Made by a program: the position numbers and the translations under genes. 64,000 bases of DNA from positions 185,318,001 through 185,382,000 of the forward strand of contig OZ024741.1 in the NCBI GenBank assembly GCA_964016885.1. The letters run 5' to 3'. Numbering within the stretch: the first letter of the stretch is position 1; each line of letters opens with the position of its first letter. Below, piece after piece: positions 43,415 through 59,958 of the stretch. The stretch is from Eledone cirrhosa (lineage: Eukaryota). Below the pieces are notes generated by a model. The model did no database searches. It was given only the letters and a program-made list of their open reading frames with translations, and was not told the origin of the DNA.

Positions 43415-44746
43415 TTGCTAGTATATAACAATGTCAGATTTGAATTCATCACCACCATTTACACTTCACATCTAGGACTTATCATCCCCCACAGCAACAC
43501 ACTCTTAGATCAGCTCTTTCCTCTACACAACTCTTATTTATCTCTAACCTTATACTCTACAATAACTGTTAAAATGATGCATAAAGTTACCACCTTTTGA
43601 TATAACTAATATAGCTTAATTATATTATAAACAGTAATGGATATATAATATGTAGAGATATTTAATGTAATATGTAATAATACATTATATATACATTTAT
43701 AATTTATATATAAAGTAATATCATTGTATATAAGGGATTTACATTTAACACAATATAATAATAATAATAAAGTTTATATACATTCATAATTAAATAAATA
43801 AAGTACTAGCATTGTATATAAGGGATTAACTTTTAACACAATAATATATATGATTACACATATGATATAACTACTTGGACATGTAAACAGCTATACAATT
43901 TTTCCATATCTTGTCCAGTAATGAATAGATAACAATCTAATGAGACCTTTAATGTATTATAGGAAAATACACTGTATTTAAAATTAAGTATAAATATATA
44001 AAATTATGTAATAGAGATTCACTTGTATCACATTATAATGAGTATTATAGCAAAGAATTTAAATAATTGAATTTAATTAGCTAGTTACCTCCCCTTACGC
44101 ATTAGCTCCCCTTAATCTTGGATCGCATACTCACTTCCGGAAATTAAACCGTTGGAAAAACTACCTGTTGAACAACTATAATCCATGAATAAGAATACAG
44201 TAAGACTAATTTACAATCCATTGCTTTAAATAACTTAAAACATTCAATATAAACATTAAGTAAAATATAATTCAACATAGGTAATGGAAAGGACTGCAGT
44301 AACTTTGTTTTTCCCAACACACACAAATTCGAACACTATCAACATATTACATCCGCCATAGATTTTAATACATTAACATATTTGCTTACCATACAGTATT
44401 TATTTATCTATATATGCATAATACCTTTGCTTATTTCCTTCTCATATATATGACTAACGCATGTGCACTTTCTACATGCTTGCATATGTACTGCTAATGT
44501 ACTATTCCTCTCTCAATGCTTCTTTCTCAATGACTCTTTAATTATTAGACTATTCTCTTGTATTATCTGTAGCATGTATTCCACTCTGTGCTTTTAATTT
44601 GAATTTTTGTATAATTCTCGTAAAATATATGTCACATCCATTCCACCCTGTAAATACGAAACTGTTGCTCACAACATCAATATATATGTATCTATATGAT
44701 TGTTCAGTTGAATAGGAGGTTAATTATATGTACAAACATTGATAAT

Positions 44747-44791
44747 GCTCCGATGATCCCAAACGAAACTTTGGAAGAAACGATTGTCAGC
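44747..44791 (+). ncRNA. Type I HHR, U4C core variant (inverted copy at 41665-41709)
   Basis: gct-CCGATGA-tcccaaa(cgaaac)tttggaa-GAAA-cgattg-TC-agc. Confidence 0.7.
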
Positions 44792-44968
44792 TATTAAATG
44801 ATTTGAACACAACTTTGATAATTGTCTAATTTATTAACTTATTTTCCTACTCTGTAAAACAAATGATGTTCTTACAGTGAGCTATTTCTCTTAGTGGTAA
44901 TAAGGTAGTAGAAATTACTGACCTTTCCTGTTTAAACTTGTTTATAGTATATACATAACTATAAATAG

Positions 44969-45026
<58 letters not shown>

Positions 45027-46344
45027 TTTATTTTGGCTGTGCGGATGATTTGTTTAACCGCCATCTCAGTGTGTTTGGCCCTTAACGTATGTTGTAGCTC
45101 TGATTCATATGAATCATCGAGCGCTTGCCACACATCTCGGAAGTTGATTTTCGTTAATTCCTGAGCTGAAGTACGATTCTCGCTAATTTATATTTATATA
45201 TATATATATATGTATTTATGCATATATGTATGTATATGTATATAAGTTGATCTACTCAACTTTTTACAACGTGGATACAATGTTTCAAGGAGGCGTTTGT
45301 CAATTTAGTTTCATCAGAGATGTAATATGCTAGTGTCAGTACTTATATATTGGTTTGGTTAGGAGTGGGCAGACAAAGCGAGAAACCTGGGAGGAGGTGT
45401 TGGAATGTGTGGAATGATGTACGGTAGTAAGGGAGCAGGTATGCATTAGAGAAAGTGATGGTGGCAGAGAAGGGGTCTGAGAGAAGGGATGAAGTAGTAG
45501 CTAATGTAAGTTTAAAGGCGACAGTGGAGATTGAGAATGAGAGAGTCAGTTACAGATAATGAGGGATATGTAGTCATAATTAGTCAAATTAGTTGGAATG
45601 TGAGGGAATAGGAAAGGGATGGAAGAGATAGTAGGCGGTTTGAAGGATTTATGTAGTGTAGGTATTGACCTAATAAAAAGGAAATTTCATGTTTAATATG
45701 GGGATAAATGAGGAGTAAAATATACCATGACAAAAGAAAAATAAAGTAAAAACAGGAAAATGCAAACTCTACACCTTTGGTTGGACAGCATATCTCTCTT
45801 GGTTCGCCTAGAAGATTAGCAAAACATCACAGGAGATAACAAAATGTTATACCTGCTGTATTCTGTCATTCCTCCACTTCTGGTGTGACTTTCTCCTTAG
45901 ACGTCATGCCTTTTTCCAATTCAGTGGAAGAAAATGACAGAATTGAGACATCAAGCTCGCCGAGATGTTGTGTCTGCAGCGCAAAAGAGCTTGTGGAAAT
46001 GACGCTGATCTTCAAAAGAGAAGGCGCAGGTTCCATATTTGTGCAGTGCACACTGTTAATCATCCTCACCCGGGTTAACTCGGTTGACCTCTAGACAATG
46101 GTATTAAAAAACAATAATAAAAGAATAGAAGAAAATAATAACAACATGTTCGTTAATATAGAGATAGAAGTAAGAGGAATTTTAGTGAGAAGTGAAGTAG
46201 GAAATGATTTAATTTCAGTTAAAGTAGTAATAGTAGAGAAGTAGGTAAAATTCCGTGAAAAGATGAAAATAATTTAAGTTCGGCGAGGTTAGTTTGTGAA
46301 TCTGAATGGAGGTTCAAAAACATCTATACGCATCTATATTTAAC

Positions 46345-46915
46345 TTTATCTTCACTTCAGCTGCCAGTGCACTTCTTATCTTAATTAAATACCAAAACGG
46401 GCGCTAATTATATGCAAATTAGTGCGTCCATTTCAGAATAACACTAAGAATAAATAGGTAGTATAGAACCATCGAATCCTTGTGTTTCTTTGGGTGATGC
46501 AGAGGGCTTCTGATGAAGGCCCAATTAGATACGAAAACTGATTAAAGATGTTTATCATTTTATTCAATTTACAAGTAAATTCGTATTTTCTGGCATTTTT
46601 ACATTTCTACATATTAGATATGTGTATAATTATATTCACTCTGGGGCAGGCACTTATGGTAATTACTTATCAAGTAATTACCATAAAGAGTGCTAATTAC
46701 ATGCAAATTAGTATGTCTATTTCAGGATAATACTAAGAACGAATTGGTATATAAGCCCATCAAATATTTTTGATGATATACACACCTTTTGATGAAGAAA
46801 CAAGTAGGAACGAAAATTGATTAATATTTTTTAATAATTTTTTTTCAATTTAAAGGGAAATTTATGATATCTGGCATGTTGACGTGCCTTCATATTAAAA
46901 ATGCTTATATTTAAA
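46345..46915 (+). repeat. Old tandem dimer of ~289-bp units, each with an octamer motif and an HHR-like core
   Basis: gctaatta.atgcaaattagt at ~46403 and ~46692. ctt-CTGATGA...GAAA-actgat-TA-aag at 46507-46547 and TTGATGA...GAAA-attgat-TA at 46786-46826. Confidence 0.65.
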
Positions 46916-47055
46916 TAGACATTGGTTCAGATTCGTTTATACACTGCATTTATTAAAAAATTATGCATATTGAATGCATATGAAAGAGCATAAGTCAATG
47001 ACATCATAAACTATGAAACACATACATACATACATACACACATACATACACGCAC

Positions 47056-47120
<65 letters not shown>

Positions 47121-48360
47121 TATATATATATATATAACACGTCACCCTGTTTATCTTATCGGATTGAAGTCTCAGTTCTCGAACACACTGAGACATAGAA
47201 ATTTATGTATCAAACACACAATTTTACAGTGGACAGGAATGAAACTTTGCCAAATATTTGATATATTACCTACACACATAATATATATATATATATATAT
47301 ATATTAAACTGATTTTCACGCAGGTCGGAGTGATAAAACGGAATATATAATTATTCGCAGCTACACACATACACATGTAACCAGCCACATACACTGGCAC
47401 CGACACGCAGATAGTTATATATTCTTTTGCAAACAACTACACACGCGCTCTTACGTACGTATGAGTATGGTAGTGTGTGTTCAATATGTGTGTTGGTGTT
47501 TGTGTATGCATGTGTTTATATGTGTATATATATATATGTGTGTGTGTATACATCCATATGTGTATGTTTATACATACATTCTCATACATATATTAATGTA
47601 CGTATCATTAGAAAACGCATAATTCTAACATATTTATGCGTAATTATCATATGCACACATACATACGCATAATTCTAACATATTTATGCGTATGTATGTG
47701 TGCATATGATAATATACATACATACATAAATATATATATATACACACACATATATATATATATATAAATACACACATATATATATATAAATACACACATA
47801 TATATATACATATATACAAATACATTTATTGATATATATATGTGTGTGCGTGTGTGTGTGTGCGTGCGTGTGCTTGTCTTTGTGTGTGTATGCGCGGGTG
47901 AGTGTTATTATAACTATATATACACGAGTGTCTGTGTTTATATGAGCATAGGAGGTTTTATATAATTTCTGCTTTCTTTCTTTTATTGCATCATAGATCT
48001 TTCATTATTTACTCCTCTTACGCAACTTGGCAGTGAGAGTTGATTAAGTGAGTTGCTCTTTGGTGAAAAATGTATATATTTTCTCAATATATCTTTCTGT
48101 TGCAAGAGTTGAATGCGACGTCAAAGATTCGTCGAGCAAGGTTTATCAAACGTTTGATATATTCTATGAAGGATATTCTTTCTTGTACAATAACTCCTTA
48201 GCACAATATTTGTCATACAATCTGGGTTCAAGCTGTTATTGCAGTTTAACCCCAGGTTGACCCCGTGTCGTCAGACGTATAATACGATGGTTTTCTGGTT
48301 TGATCCATGCGGCTTTCATCTTTTAACTTATACGTTAGTACATCGTATATCTACACACAA

Positions 48361-48444
<84 letters not shown>

Positions 48445-48569
48445 TCTCTCTCTCACACACCCATTCACGCACACGCACACACCCGCACACACACATATAT
48501 ATACAGGGTGTCCCCAAAAATGTATGCACACATTGATCAGAATGCTGTTAAAGTGTGTACTTTATAGGG

Positions 48570-48643
<74 letters not shown>

Positions 48644-48681
48644 TTATATATATGAATATATATATACACACACATACACAC

Positions 48682-48713
<32 letters not shown>

Positions 48714-48778
48714 GTACGTTTGTATGTGTGTGAGTGAGTGTGTGTGTGTATGTGTGTGAGTGTTTGTGATTGTGTGTG

Positions 48779-48886
<108 letters not shown>

Positions 48887-49164
48887 CGTGTGTGTGACAG
48901 AACCATTTATCGAGATGGATTATGAATATGGCTGTTTATGTTTTGACGTTTTAGTTTAGTGGATGGAATGTAATTTGAATTCTGTTGATTAAATGTACTT
49001 TGTGTTACTTTGCTATTTTAGATGGAAATAGAAAGAAGAAATAATCAATAAGTAGACAGAAGGGTAGATAGTTTGATTGATTGATCAATTGATTGATAGG
49101 TGGATAGATATATATTCTGACAGCTGTGGAACTCGCACAGGTTTAGAGGGCAAAACATGCTTCT

Positions 49165-49490
<326 letters not shown>

Positions 49491-49500
49491 TTATAATGAT

Positions 49501-49904
49501 AATAATTGATTCTAATTCAGCCACAATGTGTGGAAGGGAAAATTCTATTCACTCGACCCAGTGCATTACTGGTACTTTATTTTATCGCCCTTCATAAAAA
49601 TGAAAAGTAAAGTTAATCCCGACGGGATTTGGTCTCAGAACGTAAAGGGTCATAACTCTATGCTGCAAAGTATCGTGTTCGACGCTCTACCTATACTGCC
49701 AATCCATCGGCCTAATAATAATTGTTTCTACGTTAGGCACAAGGCCAGCAATTAACCAGTGTATTACTGGTACGTTATTTTTATCAACCCCGTAACGATG
49801 AAAGGCAAAGTTAACTTCGGCCGAATTTGAACTCAGAATGGCAAGGGCCGTAACTCTATGCGTCAAAGCAAGGCGTCCGACCCTCTACCAATACTGTCAA
49901 TCCA
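49501..49904 (-). mobile_element. Two tandem tRNA-derived SINEs (49501-49712, 49714-49904)
   Basis: Both contain actggtac..tattttatc...atgaaa.g.aaagttaa...atttg..ctcagaa matching the 32.8 kb SINE. Confidence 0.85.
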
Positions 49905-50769
49905 ACAATACTTCTTCAGAATCATCATAGACTAATATCTGAAACGTTGTAGAAATGTACGACATCCCCTCCTTCTCATACCATACCAAATCTCCTGTTT
50001 CCTATTTACTAGACATTTACTTGTAAACTCCAGTGTTCGAAGATAAGGTTAGCAAGATAGAGTGTTTGGTGATTACGTTTCTCTGTTTATAGAGTCGCTG
50101 CATAAGATTTGTATTAACGATAGAACTATCTGATTCACAAACAATCTGGATATAGGGACGTTTGTGGCGTAGTTTATTGTTTGAATGAAGGAAGTCATTT
50201 TGATGTTTATCTGATAGCCTGAAGTGGATAATCTATGTGATATAAAGTGTGATAAGTAGAGGAGAAGAAATAGAGATGGAATCAATGAATAAGAGAGTGA
50301 GTGAGGGGAGAGGACAGATCTAGTAATGGGGGATGTTGAAGAAGAGGAAAAAAGGGGAGGAGAAAAAGAGAAATATGACAGAAGATGACAGTAATATTCA
50401 GCAGATAATAAAAAAAAAGAGGGATGGAAAAAGAATCACGCAATAGTTGATAACAGTGCAAGGAAAAGTAGAGGAAAAGGGAAGAAAGGGAGATAATATA
50501 AAACGGAGAGTGAGAAACGTCATAGAGCGAGATAAAGGTAGAAATTAAATGTGAAGTAAAAGTAGATGTGAGAAAATACCTTTATATACATACATAAAAA
50601 CATACATATATAGAAACATACATAAGTACATACACAAATGCATACAAACACACATATATACAAACATACATACGTACATATATACATACATATACAAACA
50701 CATAAATACACACTGACATATTATATATGTCAAATATATCTAAATATATCTATATATATATATACACAC

Positions 50770-53165
<2,396 letters not shown>

Positions 53166-53206
53166 ATATATATATATATATAAATATATATATATAAATG
53201 GAATAG

Positions 53207-53599
53207 AATGAAACGAAATTTCATTTCTCACTCTTAGAACGGCACTTACTTAAATGTAAGTATGTATGTATGTATACGTACATACATATATGTATACAGA
53301 CATACAGTAGTATGTATATATATACATACCTGCACACATATATATATGCACGTATCGGTTTACCGAACATTTATTATAATGCTCGGTTTGTTTGTTTGTA
53401 AACAAACAAACAGCCCGAATTACGCCGTACAGTGTTTAGGCAACCACGTCACCTTTTTTTTTAACACTGACACAGGAACGATGTACTAGTTTCAAGCTTA
53501 TTAGCTATCGTCAGCATCGTATACCTTCCTGTCAAAAAGGTGACGTGGTTGCCTAAACACTGCACGGCGTAATTCGGGCTGTTTGTTTGTTTGTTTACA
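53207..53599 (-). mobile_element. Diverged dispersed copy of the 39.2-40.9 kb unit with intact HHR (53478-53520) and inverted tail
   Basis: acgatg-CTGACGA-tagct(aata)agctt-GAAA-ctag-TA-catcgt on the minus strand. 53533-53599 is the inverse of ~53397-53460. Confidence 0.85.
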
Positions 53600-53603
53600 T
53601 TAT

Positions 53604-54859
53604 AGGTCAATCAGTGGTCAAGCGAGTTGTTAATAAGACAGCGGCCTGCCTACTACCATATAAGTAAGTTAATTTTATAATTTTCTTATTTTACGTCTCT
53701 TATATTATTGTTCTGCAACCCCATGCATTGAACCACAATGTTATTAAGACAAAACCTATATATTTGTTAGCATTGATATGCATCTGTATGTATTTAAATG
53801 TTACTAGATATAAATTCTTTATAATTATCTCCAAATCATTTGTCGCGCAATATTGGCCATGACTGCTGCTATGGTAGTAGGCAGGCCGCTGTCTTATTAA
53901 CAACTCGCTTTCCACTGATTGACCTCGATTTCACGTGATTGATTCTTTTTGAATTTGCCACAGACGTAGAGGCAGTGATTTTCTCAATGGCTAGGAATTC
54001 AGTCCACGCTTCGCTATCTCCTCTCCACTGAATTATTTTTTAATAAGTTTCCAGAGTCCTCGCTATGCCTGGAAACTTACACGAAAATAGACTTTCCTGA
54101 CGACGGAATGCTTTTCGATATATTCTTCGGAAAATATATTTACTCCATTCCAGAAACTAATTAGTTGGAAGTGATATTTTAGTAAGTAAGTTAATTTTAT
54201 AATTTTCTTATTTTACGTCTCTTAACGTCTCTGCAACCCCATGCATTGAACCACAATGTTATTAAGACAAAACCTATATATTTGCTAGCATTGATATGCA
54301 TCTGTATGTATATAAATGTTACTAGATATACATTCTTTATAATTATCTCCAAATCATTTGTCGAGCAATATTGGCCATGACCGCTGCTATGGTAGTAGGC
54401 AGGCCGCTGTCTTATTAACAACTCGCTTTCCACTGATTGACCTCGATGTCACGTGATTGATTCTTTTTGAATTTGCCACAGACGTAGAGGCAGTGATTTT
54501 CTCAATGGCTAGGAATTCAGTCCACGCTTCGCTATTTCCTCTCCACTGAATAATTTTTTTAATAAGTTTCCAGAGTCCTTGCTATGCCTGGAAACTTACA
54601 CGAAAATAGACTTTCCAGACGACGGAATGCTTTTCGATATATTCTTCGGAAAATATATTTACTCCATCCAGAAACTAATTAGTTGGAAGTGATATTTTAG
54701 TAAGTAAGTTAATTTTATAATTTTCTTATTTTACGTCTCTTATATTATTGTTCTGCAACCCCATGCATTGAACCACAATGTTATTAAGACAAAACCTATA
54801 TATTTGCTAGCATTGATATGCATCTGTATGTATATAAATGTTACTAGATATAAATTCTT

Positions 54860-54862
<3 letters not shown>
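53604..54862 (+). mobile_element. Retrozyme-like array of ~520-bp HHR-containing units with short inverted leader
   Basis: Units start at 53661, 54183 and 54701 (periods 522 and 518). 53604-53660 is the reverse complement of ~53869-53925. Confidence 0.82.
54091..54172 (+). ncRNA. Type I HHR with extended stem II (second copy 54610-54690 mutated, CAGACGA)
   Basis: actttc-CTGACGA-c-ggaatg...cattcc-a-GAAA-ctaattag-TT-ggaagt, with an inner atatatt/aatatat hairpin and palindromic stem III. Confidence 0.78.
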
Positions 54863-54893
<31 letters not shown>

Positions 54894-55061
54894 TATACAT
54901 ATATACACACACATATATATACACACACACATATACATTAATAACAATAATAATAACAACAATAACAACAATAATAACAACGACAACAACAATAATAATA
55001 TACATATACATATATACATACACATAAACATATCTATGCAGACACACACACACGATAGCAA

Positions 55062-55581
55062 CTAACAGCGCTGCGATCGAATGTGGCGTTTTAGCCCAGC
55101 CAATGATCTAAAGTGTCTTGTACAGAGTCGGCAACCAAAACATTCACTGGGAATAGTCGGCTGTGGTTGGAGTTCGTGTACTTTTGCATGTCGCTTGAGC
55201 CCTCCTGCTGATTTACATTCTCTACCACATGTTTGGCAAGCATGAAGAGTAGCATCTCCAACAGCAGCCTGGTAGTCAACCACTGGTCTTACTTTATGAC
55301 TGCGAAGATGACTTTCGAGTCCAGCTTTGCTTAGGCAGAGTCTCGCACATACGCTGCATGTCAGCACCATAGGAGGACCCTCGCCGCCTGGAAGTGCAAC
55401 AGCAATGCCCTTCCTCACATCCCGCTTTACTTTCTCGTATGCGATTCGAGATGCCTCAAAGTCAATTTTTCCCTCATATACAGTCTTTCTCCATTTATTA
55501 CGATCAGCAGCAATATTTTCCCATGTATCAGCAGAGATGTTAGCGTCTTTCAAAGAGGCTTTCATTGAATCCTTATACCTC
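55062..55581 (-). pseudogene. RTE-clade LINE ORF C-terminus with three Cys2-His zinc-finger-like motifs, 5'-truncated
   Basis: [11 protein letters not shown]...WENIAADRNKWRKTVYEG..FE..R...KR..RK, then CSVC..GLESHLRSH, CQTC..GLKRHAKVH, CRLC..GLKRHIRS. Confidence 0.8.
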
Positions 55582-55619
55582 TATATATACATACATACAT
55601 ACATACATACATACATACA

Positions 55620-55696
<77 letters not shown>

Positions 55697-55700
<4 letters not shown>

Positions 55701-56150
55701 TATCAATTACATATTAATCAAAACTACGTTCAAAACATTTTATTGCTGACAATCGTTTCTTCCAAACTTTCGTTTGGTTTCTTCGGAGCACTAGCAAAGT
55801 TTAGACATATAATTAACTTCCTATTCAACTGAACAATAATATAGATACATCGATATTAATGTTGTCATTAACAGTTTCATATTTACAGAGTGGAATGGAT
55901 GTGACAGAAATTACAAGAGAATTGTATAATAATTAAAGAGGCACAGAGTGGAATGCATGTAAGAGAGATTACAATTATAATAATTAAATTGTGTAATAAT
56001 TAAATTGTTTAATTTATATTACTGCTCTGTAAAACATCTGATGTATTTATATTGAGCTATTTTTCTTACTGGTAATAAGGTACTAATGAATTACTGACCT
56101 TTCCTGTTCATAGTTGTATAAAGTGTATATATAACTATAAATAATATTAT
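55697..56150. mobile_element. Solo pseudo-LTR of the 41.6-45.0 kb PLE family with internal inversion; HHR at 55744-55790 (-)
   Basis: 55697-55960 matches 41633-41885; 56010-56150 matches 44828-44972. HHR tgct-CCGAAGA-aa-ccaaac(gaaa)gtttgg-aa-GAAA-cgattg-TC-agca. Confidence 0.82.
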
Positions 56151-57199
56151 ATATATATATATATACATATATATTCTTCGGATATCTGTTTGACTTAAAA
56201 AGCACTGGGAGAATTCGGAACTTGACATGTATTGAACACAACGTAGTAATAGTTAATGTCTATGGTTGGGAAAATTTGGTAAATTTCCCCTGGAAAAGGT
56301 AAAACATTATATATAGACGTACTTTTGAGGAATCGAACCATTTCCTCACATATATCGTGTGAGCGTGTTTACTTTTGTTTTAAGGGGTTCATGGCAACCG
56401 GTTTTCGTCTTCCATAAAAATTTAAATACATTCAAAGATGTATGTAAACATACACACAAGCATACAGATTTAGGACCACAGTAATTTTCTTTTTTCTTAG
56501 TTAATGTTATTAATGCATGTTAAACATTTTACTGGTGTTCTTGTTAATTATAGCTACAAAATATATTAGGAAAAAACAAAACTTCTCCAAATTTTTTAAT
56601 TTTTTTATTTCGAAAAGCTCATTTGTTCTGTTATTCTCGTTATCGATTTAGTTATCATTCGTTTTTTTTGTTTTTGTTTTTTGCTACTGAAGTTGTCATT
56701 TTTGTTTCTGTTGCTCTAGTTTTCATTGTTAATAGTGGTATAGTTGATTGCGTTGTAGTAGTTGCATTTGCATATTTGTTCTCGTTTATGTGGCTCTTTC
56801 ATTTGCCCGTATTTTTTTCATGCTTTCCATTTAGTTATTCAAATCAATTTAATTATCGGCTCATAACCATCATTTATCATTATCAGTGTCATCATTATCT
56901 TCACCGCTATCATCACCATCAACATCGTCGTAGTTTTCGTCATCTTCGACATTGTCGTCGTTCTCATTGTCGTCATCGTCTTTATCTTAGTCACAGTCAT
57001 CCTTTTCGTTATCACAAGTGTTCCTCTTACTAGTAAAACCTCATGAGTAGATCTCATTCCATCCAACTCCACATACTGATTATTTTTCTCATGCCTACTT
57101 AAACCAACGTACATTGACATATTAATAGCAGAAATACACACATACATTCGCACATACATACATACATGCATATATTACACAAACACGAATATATACTGA

Positions 57200-58590
57200 A
57201 GACGAATCAATAGTCAGAAACAAAAGTGAATTCTGCCCACAGAACGGGAGGAACACAGCACTGGCCCCTACTGCGAACGCACAATCAACTTTCCCTATGA
57301 ACAAATTACAAATAAACACACGAAATCGAACTTCTCCAAACACGAATGGGAAGAATTATTCACACTGCGAAATAATACTGAAATAACTATCAAAGAAGCC
57401 GAGAAAGAGAGCACTGTGGTCATTATTGACACTGACTACTATAGAGATCTGGCACTCAAAATCTTAGACGACAACAAGTACTACGAAAAAACAAACTAAA
57501 ACAATGGGGAACCTCCTAGCATTGCTATAAAAATACCGCAGTAGCCTAACCACAAAAGAATTTGAATACATAAGTCATTTAAAATGTAATACAAGTGCTT
57601 TCTACGGCCTACCGAAGATACATAAATGTAAACTCATAAGCAACGCATGTGACACTTCGACTGACAAATACATACAATTAACACCCTAGAAGACGTAAAA
57701 CGCAGACCAATTATAGCAAACCTTGCATGTGAAACCCACAGACTTAGTAACTTCCTGGACATCCTACTAAAGCCCTTACTAAAACATATACAGAGCTACA
57801 TACGGGATGACCTTGATATCCTGAACCACCTACCCAAAACAGTAAGTGAAAACACTATTCTCGTTTCCTTTGACGTAGTAAGCCTCTACACTAACATACC
57901 CCCATAACTATGGAATAACAGCAATCCAGTTTTGGCTAGACACTCACTAATCTGAAATACCAACACGCATCAACAAAAACTTCATTATTGATGGACTCTG
58001 ATTTATCTTACAGAATAGTTATCTTTACTTTCAATGACTCAACATAATGAAAATCTCTGGGACTGCAATGGGCACAAAAGTAGCCACCACTCACGCCAAC
58101 TTAGTCATGGGATTCCACGAACAACAAATCTACAACCAATCCCTTCTATTATTCGGAGACTCTTTCCTTACACATCTCATTAATAATTGGAAGAGATAGC
58201 TAGATGATTGCTTCATACTATGGCAGGAAGACATGAATACACTCACTCTTTTCAAAAATATGATTAACAACATTAACAATAATATACAATTCACAATGGA
58301 ATGCAACTCCAAGAAATTAGCCCTCTTGGATATTCTCATTCTAAAAACAGATGGGAAAATAGTAAAAGACATCTTTTATAAACCCACGGACTCCAAACAG
58401 TACCTCCTATTAACATCAAATCACCCAAAACATACAACACTTAACGTTCCTTTTAATTTAGCCAAACATATATGCACCATAATATCAGGCCCAACTAAAC
58501 GGGAGCAAAGACTAAATGAACTCAAAAACACACTTACCTAAGAGCCTTCCCACATGACATAATTAATAACGGAATAGACAAACCAAAACA
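57200..58590 (+). pseudogene. Penelope-like (Neptune-type inferred) reverse transcriptase, disrupted
   Basis: IKEAEKESTVVIID, FYGLPKIHK, RPIIA, VSFDVVSLYTNIP, GTAMGTKVA, WKR*LDDCF, FTME...LLDILI, FYKPTDSKQYL..SNHP. Confidence 0.9.
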
Positions 58591-59035
58591 CCCAAATTTT
58601 CATCATGAGTGGCAGAGGGCTCAATAATTCAGATAAATCAGAGCTATAACTATCGTTAAAATACCAACACATAAAGATTATGCCTAAAATCACCCATGCA
58701 ACCCAAAAAGAACGACCAGGAAGATTCGGGTCACTCAAATAAAATATCAATAAATCAATAATTTAAATGAATGTAAAAAACTTACCCGGACCCGCTAGAA
58801 AGGTGTTAAATCTAGCTTCTTGGGTTTCTGCAATTCCTTAATCCGTTCGCTATCAGCCCACATAAAAATATATAAGACTTCTAGGGAACGAATGGACCGG
58901 AAGAACTTTATCTACGGGTTCCGTCCGCCGAATAAAGAAGTTACCCTTAGCCAGACACGCACATGGTGCCCAGCAAGGGAGATAACCTCTATATTAGCGA
59001 AAAATTATCGGTAATGTGGAAATCACATATCGAAT

Positions 59036-59235
59036 CATCTTCAATAATTGTTTCTACTTTTGGCACAAGGCCAGCAATTAACCAGTGCATTACTGGTACT
59101 TTATTTTATCGACCCCGTAAGGATGAAAGGCAAAGTTAACCTCGGCGGGATTTGAACTCAGAATGGCAAGGGCCGTAACTCTATGCGTCAAAGCATAGCG
59201 TCCGACCCTCTACCGATACTGCCATCTTCAATAAT
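59036..59235 (-). mobile_element. tRNA-derived SINE with 13-bp TSD
   Basis: SINE body 59049-59222 flanked by catcttcaataat at 59036-59048 and 59223-59235. Confidence 0.88.
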
Positions 59236-59796
59236 GTTGTTCTATACTCAAGGTCGAGTAAAATATTGGGCTGAAACAGACTGCTTTTTCTGGTAGTCCT
59301 GTTATTCGAAATTAGTCCACATTTGATAATGAAACTATGCAAGTTTAGAAATGCGGGGACCCTCAATGCGGAACTTATGAAAACCTTGAAGAGGTGTATA
59401 ACTTAATTGTTATAGTATTCAGTTCACGATCAATAAGGTGTTAATTTTTATTGCCAATGGCATATTTTCTCATTGAGCAGGACACTATTTCATTTGCTCC
59501 TGTCAACTCATCAGCAAAAATTGAATTGTACTTGTAGTTGAAGTGGCTAGCCTAGTTGACAGCAATAGGGTCATCACAGATTTACCTCTTCCTTTGTCTG
59601 TGTTTTTCTAATCAATTATGTGATCCAGTTTAAAGATCCTACACTCACACTTGATGTTTTTTGGTTTTCAGTTTTACAACCATTGTCAAATTTCTTTCAG
59701 CACCTTTCATAGACTGTCAGCACTTGTTGTTGCGGACCACTTTACACTCATCATTCAAAAATATCGTGTGAACAATTCAGGTATATATAAATATAA

Positions 59797-59958
59797 GGCA
59801 GTGAATTGTCAGAGTTGTTAGACTGTCAGATAGAATGCTTTGTCATGTTCCTTTCAGCTCTCTGTTCTCTGAGTTCAAATCCCGCTGAGGTCAACTTTGA
59901 TTATCATCAAATTTGAGGTAAAAAATAAAAATAAAATGTACCAGTCAAATACTAGGGT
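59797..59958 (+). mobile_element. Old degenerate SINE
   Basis: ctgagttcaaatcccgctgaggtcaactttg...aaataaaatgtaccagtcaa. Confidence 0.65.

Larger units (their letters stand above)
41625..44972 (+). mobile_element. 5'-truncated Penelope-like element with ~545-bp inverted pseudo-LTR
   Basis: Inverted arms 41625-42170 and 44286-44831 enclose the RT C-terminus and GIY-YIG remnant. Each arm has an HHR; (TA)n flanks. Confidence 0.88.

Noticed and set aside
47160-47212. gtctcagt/actgagac hairpin followed by GAAA, a possible HHR
   Set aside because: Core and stem I are too degenerate to support the call.
48502-48570. TACAGGGTGTCCCC, a Tc1/mariner-like terminal repeat
   Set aside because: No complete matching second terminus or transposase.
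53700-54928. Repeated 62-78 aa minus-strand ORFs as a small gene family
   Set aside because: They are antisense readings of the tandem HHR unit, with variable ends and non-ATG starts.
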